Positions 59,420-64,000 of a stretch of 64,000 nucleotides of DNA are shown here, one piece after another. The translations under genes were made by a program, and so were the position numbers. Each line of letters starts with the position of its first letter. The first letter of the stretch is position 1. The notes under the pieces were generated by a model that saw only the letters and a list, made by a program, of their open reading frames with translations, did not search any database and had not been told where the DNA came from. The stretch comes from Nanobdellati archaeon (GTDB taxonomy: Archaea; EX4484-52; WAPT01): contig WAPT01000024.1 of assembly GCA_015520605.1 (NCBI GenBank), positions 1 to 64,000 on the forward strand, written 5' to 3'.

Positions 59420-60313
59420 TTATCCAACTTTCAAATCCACCGCAACCCGATAATGATACGGTGCAACGGCCCCGCATTTCCTGAAGAAAACGACTCTTGC
59501 ATCTTTTCCCGCATTTCTGCAACGTTCTTCAACCCTTCTTATCACATCCCTGCTCTCAATTTCCTCCTCGCTTGCAAATGTGTAAAGATGTGTCATACCT
59601 CCTTTTTTCACCTTTTCAAGCGCAAGCTCAAGGTAGTCTGGAGCGTCCTTCGGAGCGGGCATAACGATGCGGTCAAATTTTCCTTCAAGCCTCGGTACCA
59701 CTTCAGCAACATCCCCTTCAATAACCCTCACCCTGTCCTCAACTTTGTTCAACACGACATTCTTTCTAAAGTATTCAACAGCATGTGGATTAAGCTCAAC
59801 TCCGATTACTTCTCTTGGTTTGGCATTCTTGGATATCACTATGGCAAACGGCCCAACTCCGGCAAACATAACGAGAACCCTCTCACCATCCTTAACCATT
59901 TCCGCGATCCTTTTCCTCTCAAACCCCAGCCTTGAGGAAAAGTAGACTTTAGCCACATCGAGCAGAAACCTGCATCCGTGCTCCGTGTGCACAGTCTCGG
60001 TTATTTTTTTTGGCCGGAATTCCTTTTTTATGGTGGGAAAGTCTCTCTCTTCCGGCTTTGCCAAGATAACCTCAAATTCAGGTACCCTAAACTTGCCTGC
60101 AACATCCCCTGTTTTGTTGAGCACCACTTTAACATTCCTGTTGAGTTGCATTATTGCTTTTGCTATCAACTCGGCATGCTTTCTCGCGACTTCATCCAAT
60201 TCTACTATTGCAATATCCCCGATTATCTCGAAGGCCCGTGGGATGTGTTCAAGTTCATCCCTCCTTACATCCCCTTCCAGCAGTTTACGGATGTTCAGCT
60301 TATCTCCGCTCAT
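59420..60313 (-). CDS. Trm5/Taw2-family tRNA SAM-dependent transferase
   Basis: IIGDIAI, KVYFSSRL, MFAGVGPF, ELNPHA, DRIVM. Confidence 0.88.
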   Translation of the reverse strand: MSGDKLNIRKLLEGDVRRDELEHIPRAFEIIGDIAIVELDEVARKHAELIAKAIMQLNRNVKVVLNKTGDVAGKFRVPEFEVILAKPEERDFPTIKKEFRPKKITETVHTEHGCRFLLDVAKVYFSSRLGFERKRIAEMVKDGERVLVMFAGVGPFAIVISKNAKPREVIGVELNPHAVEYFRKNVVLNKVEDRVRVIEGDVAEVVPRLEGKFDRIVMPAPKDAPDYLELALEKVKKGGMTHLYTFASEEEIESRDVIRRVEERCRNAGKDARVVFFRKCGAVAPYHYRVAVDLKVG

Positions 60314-60373
60314 ATTCCACCAGCTACTTCCTGTTTTCCCAACTTTTTAAATATCCTCCTTCAAAGCTTCTTT

Positions 60374-61126
60374 ATGCTCTGGCTTATTGGGTTGGGGGTT
60401 GGAGATGAAAGGGATATGAGTATAAAGGGGCTTGAAGCATGCAAAAGAGCGGATGTGATTTTTCTGGAGAGGTACACCTCTCCGGTAAAGATAAACGTCG
60501 GGAACCTAAGAAAGCTTGTGGGAAAGGACGTTATTGAGCTCAGCAGGGAGGATGTGGAGGAAAAAAACCTCGTGGTTAGGGAGGCGGAAAAGAGGAATGT
60601 GGCTTTTCTCGTTCCCGGAGACCCGCTCTTCGCAACAACCCACAAGGAAATCGTGAGAGAATGCATGCTAAGAAAAATAAGAGTAGAGGTAATCCATGCC
60701 TCTTCCATTCTAACAGCTGTCGGGGAGAGTGGTCTTTCTCTCTACAAGTTCGGAAGGGTGGTAAGCCTCCCTTTCCCGCAGGAAAACTACTTTCCTCTGA
60801 GTCCTTATGACCACATCCTGACAAATTTAAAAGCGGGTCTGCACACACTTATCCTCCTCGATATTGGGATGGATGTACACACAGCCATTGATGTGCTGCT
60901 GAGAATGGAAGAGAAAAAGAAAGGAAGAATATTTACGCAGGATACGAAGCTCGTGGTTCTGTCAAGACTCGGCAGCCCTAACAAATCCATACTTTATAGT
61001 TCGATTTCGAAACTAAAAAGTATTGATTTCGGAGAATCACCTCACTCTCTTGTCATACCGGCTGAGCTAGAACATCATGAGAAAGAATTCCTTGAGCTCT
61101 TTGAGGTGGAAAATGAGCAGCGATAA
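60374..61126 (+). CDS. dph5: Diphthine synthase
   Basis: LIGLG, ERYTS, GDPLFATTH, LYKFGR, GLHTLILLD. Confidence 0.95.
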   Translation: MLWLIGLGVGDERDMSIKGLEACKRADVIFLERYTSPVKINVGNLRKLVGKDVIELSREDVEEKNLVVREAEKRNVAFLVPGDPLFATTHKEIVRECMLRKIRVEVIHASSILTAVGESGLSLYKFGRVVSLPFPQENYFPLSPYDHILTNLKAGLHTLILLDIGMDVHTAIDVLLRMEEKKKGRIFTQDTKLVVLSRLGSPNKSILYSSISKLKSIDFGESPHSLVIPAELEHHEKEFLELFEVENEQR

Positions 61127-61364
61127 CCTTAAAGACGAGCTGATAAGAGAAACGGAAAAGTGGCTGGAAAGGCTGGAAAGCATAGAAATAGAACTCCTTA
61201 ACAGCTCTCATAAGGACTTTGTTGAAAATATAAAAGCATACATTGAGGATGCACGTTATTTTCTGGAAAAGCGGGACTATATAAGGGCATTCGAAGCTGT
61301 TGTGTGGGCTTGGGCTTGGCTTGAGATCGGCGAGAGGGTTGGGTTGCTGAGAAGAAAGGTTTAA
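61113..61364 (+). CDS. DUF357 family protein
   Basis: AYIEDARYFLEK...AFEAVVWAWAWLE. Confidence 0.88.
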   Translation: MSSDNLKDELIRETEKWLERLESIEIELLNSSHKDFVENIKAYIEDARYFLEKRDYIRAFEAVVWAWAWLEIGERVGLLRRKV

Positions 61365-61528
61365 ACAATAATTCATGAAATCGTAAAAACACGAGTAGAA
61401 AACTTTTTAAATTTTCTTGTTTAATCACAAATTCGTACTAAAACCAGAAATTCTCTGACTCATCGGGATCGGATACTTCCATACAGATAGTGTGGCTTCT
61501 GACTTTTTCTTGTCCCCGCTATCCCGGC

Positions 61529-61580
61529 GACCCGCGGCAGAAAGGCAGAGATATACTTCATTAAACGTCCGCGGGGATGA
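61529..61580 (+). repeat. Copy 2 of the duplicated K-turn hairpin element
   Basis: GACCCGCGGCAGAAAGGCAGAGATATACTTCATTAAACGTCCGCGGGGATGA. Confidence 0.85.
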
Positions 61581-61625
61581 GGTCGTGCGGTTTTTGATGG
61601 GTGGTGTAAAGGAAAAACTGGGGAG

Positions 61626-62069
61626 GTGAGAAAATTGGAGAAGAAAAAGGAAGCCCCACTAGGAATAAAGATACTGGCAGCACTATACTTTATTTCCCTT
61701 GCATTCTATCTTTTCGGTTTAGCGGTTCTGATACCCAGGCTCGGCTTCCTCTTCAGCTACAACCCAATGGTGGCTCTGCTGATAGTGATAACCACCATCA
61801 TAATGATTGCACTGGCGGGTATGTGGTACGGGCTCTTGAAGCTAAATCCAACAGCATGGAGAGTTGCGATGGTTTTGTATGGCGTTGGATTGATCATCAA
61901 TCTCCTCTCTCTGAATGTAATTGCTGTGATAGTGGGGATCATAATACTATGGTACCTTTATTCCAAGAAGGAACTCTATCTGGGTCCTTCTGAGGTGGCT
62001 GGTGGAACCCCGGCAGCTCTTCAGACCCAAGAAGAACAGGGTTCACAGACTCCAGAAGAACAGGGGTAA
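61626..62069 (+). CDS. Hypothetical 4-TM membrane protein
   Basis: PLGIKILA...GLLKLNPTAW...LWYLYSK. Confidence 0.7.
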   Translation: MRKLEKKKEAPLGIKILAALYFISLAFYLFGLAVLIPRLGFLFSYNPMVALLIVITTIIMIALAGMWYGLLKLNPTAWRVAMVLYGVGLIINLLSLNVIAVIVGIIILWYLYSKKELYLGPSEVAGGTPAALQTQEEQGSQTPEEQG

Positions 62070-62190
62070 ACCACAAAGAACAACCCTTGACCCAACTTCA
62101 ATTTTTTAATTTTTTTATTTTCAAAAATGGGAAAAATTTCCTATATTACTATTCCGGTGGAGTGTTGTCCCTCAAGAACAACCCACATTT

Positions 62191-62892
62191 TTATCTCCCG
62201 AACCTTCTCTCCCTCCCGAAAAAATCTTTCAGCGCTTTTCCAAACTCATCCCTGCTGAACTCGGGCCAGAGAGCATCGCTGAAGTAAAGCTCGGAATATG
62301 CGGCCTGCCACAAAAGAAAGCCAGACAACCTTTTCTCACCGCCGGTCCTTATTATGAGGTCGGGATCCGGCATACCATTCGTATAGAGATATTTTTGGAA
62401 AAGTCCTTCATCTATGCTTCGTCTATCGATCTTCCCACCCTTCAAGTCATTCAGCAGTTTTTTGACACCATCAACTATTTCGGCTCGCCCTCCATAGGCT
62501 ATCGCAAAATTGACAACATAATCATCGTAATCTTTCGTTGATTCCACAGCCCTTTTTATGGCATCTTTAACATTAGATGGAAGCAGGTGAATCCTGCCTA
62601 TCACGTTTATTCTAACACGGTTTTCATGAATTTCCTTATCCCTTGGAATTGCGTCGAATTCCTTTTTGAATATCCTCATCAGCATTTCAAGCTCTCTTTT
62701 TGGCCTCTTTGTGAAATTTTCAAGCGATAAAGAATAGAGAGTCACATATTTGACATCAAGATCTCTGCACCACCTAAGCACTTCCCTGACCTTTTTGGCA
62801 CCCCACTCGTGTCCCTTCCACGGCTTCTGCATTAAACGTCTGGCAAATCTCCTGTTCCCGTCCATGACGAAGGCTATGTGCTGAATCTCCAT
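62191..62892 (-). CDS. uppS: cis-prenyltransferase (UppS family)
   Basis: HIAFVMDGNRR, SLENF, YGGR, PDLIIRTGGEKRLSGF. Confidence 0.95.
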   Translation of the reverse strand: MEIQHIAFVMDGNRRFARRLMQKPWKGHEWGAKKVREVLRWCRDLDVKYVTLYSLSLENFTKRPKRELEMLMRIFKKEFDAIPRDKEIHENRVRINVIGRIHLLPSNVKDAIKRAVESTKDYDDYVVNFAIAYGGRAEIVDGVKKLLNDLKGGKIDRRSIDEGLFQKYLYTNGMPDPDLIIRTGGEKRLSGFLLWQAAYSELYFSDALWPEFSRDEFGKALKDFFGRERRFGR

Positions 62893-62930
62893 ACTTCCCT
62901 TTTAAAGAAGGAAAAATTTATATGTGGCGT

Positions 62931-64000
62931 TTATCTCAAGATGGTGGCGAGCTTTATCAGCTTCGGTCTCCTCAGAAGGATTTTGGCAAGCTTTCTCAGG
63001 TTCTTGCCTCCGGCAAAATCAATTATATCCTGAACTGTCAGCTCATCAGCCAGGAAATTGAGGTCGTCATCGCTCATCCTTTCTATTACCTGCCTGAGTT
63101 TCTCAATCCTCCTGAGCTTTTCTCCCCTTTCCTTCCACCACAGCTCGTTAAACTTCGCTAAAGCATCATGACTGACATCCTCCCTATTCAGACACTCACA
63201 AATTACTTCAGCGGCTATCTCTCCGGCTCTCGTACCCTCATCCATGCCTCCGCCGTGTATGGGATTTACTGTATGGGCAGCATCACCAATAACAACAAAT
63301 CCGTCCCTCACCATGTCCTTGAGCAACCCTCCAACAGGTATGCCGCCGGCGTTCTCCTCTATTACGCTTGCATCAGCAAAAATCTCTGGATGGTTCTCTA
63401 TCCATGAGTCAAGGTACTCCTTTGCTTTTCTCTTGACTCCAGCCCCTCCCCCTATTCCTATGCCCACGTTCGCAACATGGTCTCCCTTGGGGAATATCCA
63501 GATGTAGCCTCTTGGAGCAATCTCGTTGCCGAGATAGAAGTAAAGCTTGTTTGCGTCTTTCAGCTTTAAGTTAGCCATCTCGTACTGGTAGCCGCTATCC
63601 ACATTGATAAGCTTATTTGTGTTGTCTATGCCGGCTTTTCTTGCCATTTTCCCCTCTATACCCTCGGCTGAAACGACCACCCTGGCCTTTACCTCAAAGA
63701 CATCTTCCCCGTACTTGATAACAACACCGCTTATTGCTCCATTATCCTTAAGCAGATCTACTACCTCTATCTTGGTGAATACCTTTGCTCCGGCTTTGGC
63801 GGCATCATAAGCTAAGAATTTATCGAAAACCTTCCTCTCAACCACACAACCTTGGGGTGAACCGTAATCCATCACGAATTCCTTGCCGTTTGGAGCGTAA
63901 AGGTAAAAGCCATCAATGTACTGTGCAACAAACCTTTCATTACCGTTATAACCCATTCTCTGCAGAGCCTTGACACCTATGCCCTCCGCACATCTCTTGG
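62931..64000 (-). CDS. Geranylgeranyl reductase family protein (5' end outside the window)
   Basis: KRCAEG, RKVFD, PRGYIWIFPKG, GDAA...GGG. Confidence 0.9.
   Translation of the reverse strand, partial: KRCAEGIGVKALQRMGYNGNERFVAQYIDGFYLYAPNGKEFVMDYGSPQGCVVERKVFDKFLAYDAAKAGAKVFTKIEVVDLLKDNGAISGVVIKYGEDVFEVKARVVVSAEGIEGKMARKAGIDNTNKLINVDSGYQYEMANLKLKDANKLYFYLGNEIAPRGYIWIFPKGDHVANVGIGIGGGAGVKRKAKEYLDSWIENHPEIFADASVIEENAGGIPVGGLLKDMVRDGFVVIGDAAHTVNPIHGGGMDEGTRAGEIAAEVICECLNREDVSHDALAKFNELWWKERGEKLRRIEKLRQVIERMSDDDLNFLADELTVQDIIDFAGGKNLRKLAKILLRRPKLIKLATILR

Noticed and set aside
59978-60373. N-terminal extension of Dph5
   Set aside because: It is antisense to the Trm5-family gene; the family-typical start MLWLIGLG is at 60374.

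Overview
Archaeal genomic window, probably from a DPANN-type lineage (inferred from the extended uS14, SecY loop insertion, a ribosomal cluster lacking adk and cmk, and many tiny class III signal-peptide genes; taxonomy not verifiable here). The core is the S10-spc-alpha ribosomal protein superoperon (22.2-43.2 kb) with SecY, Cbf5, RpoD and RpoN. Other housekeeping loci include IleRS, TBP, RNA modification enzymes, hydrogenase maturation genes hypCDEF, Dph5, UppS, a geranylgeranyl reductase, a stand-alone 5S rRNA and five tRNAs, one carrying two introns. The most striking accessory locus (7.0-16.4 kb) is a cluster of about 11 pilin-like genes. Inside it sits a cassette resembling the His-Xaa-Ser (HxsB/HxsC/HxsD) radical-SAM system, but its precursor peptide carries tandem Trp-Xaa-Asn/Asp/Glu triplets instead of His-Xaa-Ser. 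This is a candidate archaeal multi-cyclophane RiPP, translationally coupled to a prepilin-peptidase-like gene whose GxGD motif reads GFGN. Two non-coding elements also stand out: a 42-nt anticodon-less tRNA-like element leading a two-gene mini-operon, and a duplicated K-turn hairpin upstream of two membrane protein genes. All product calls come from motif recognition by eye; no database search was run.
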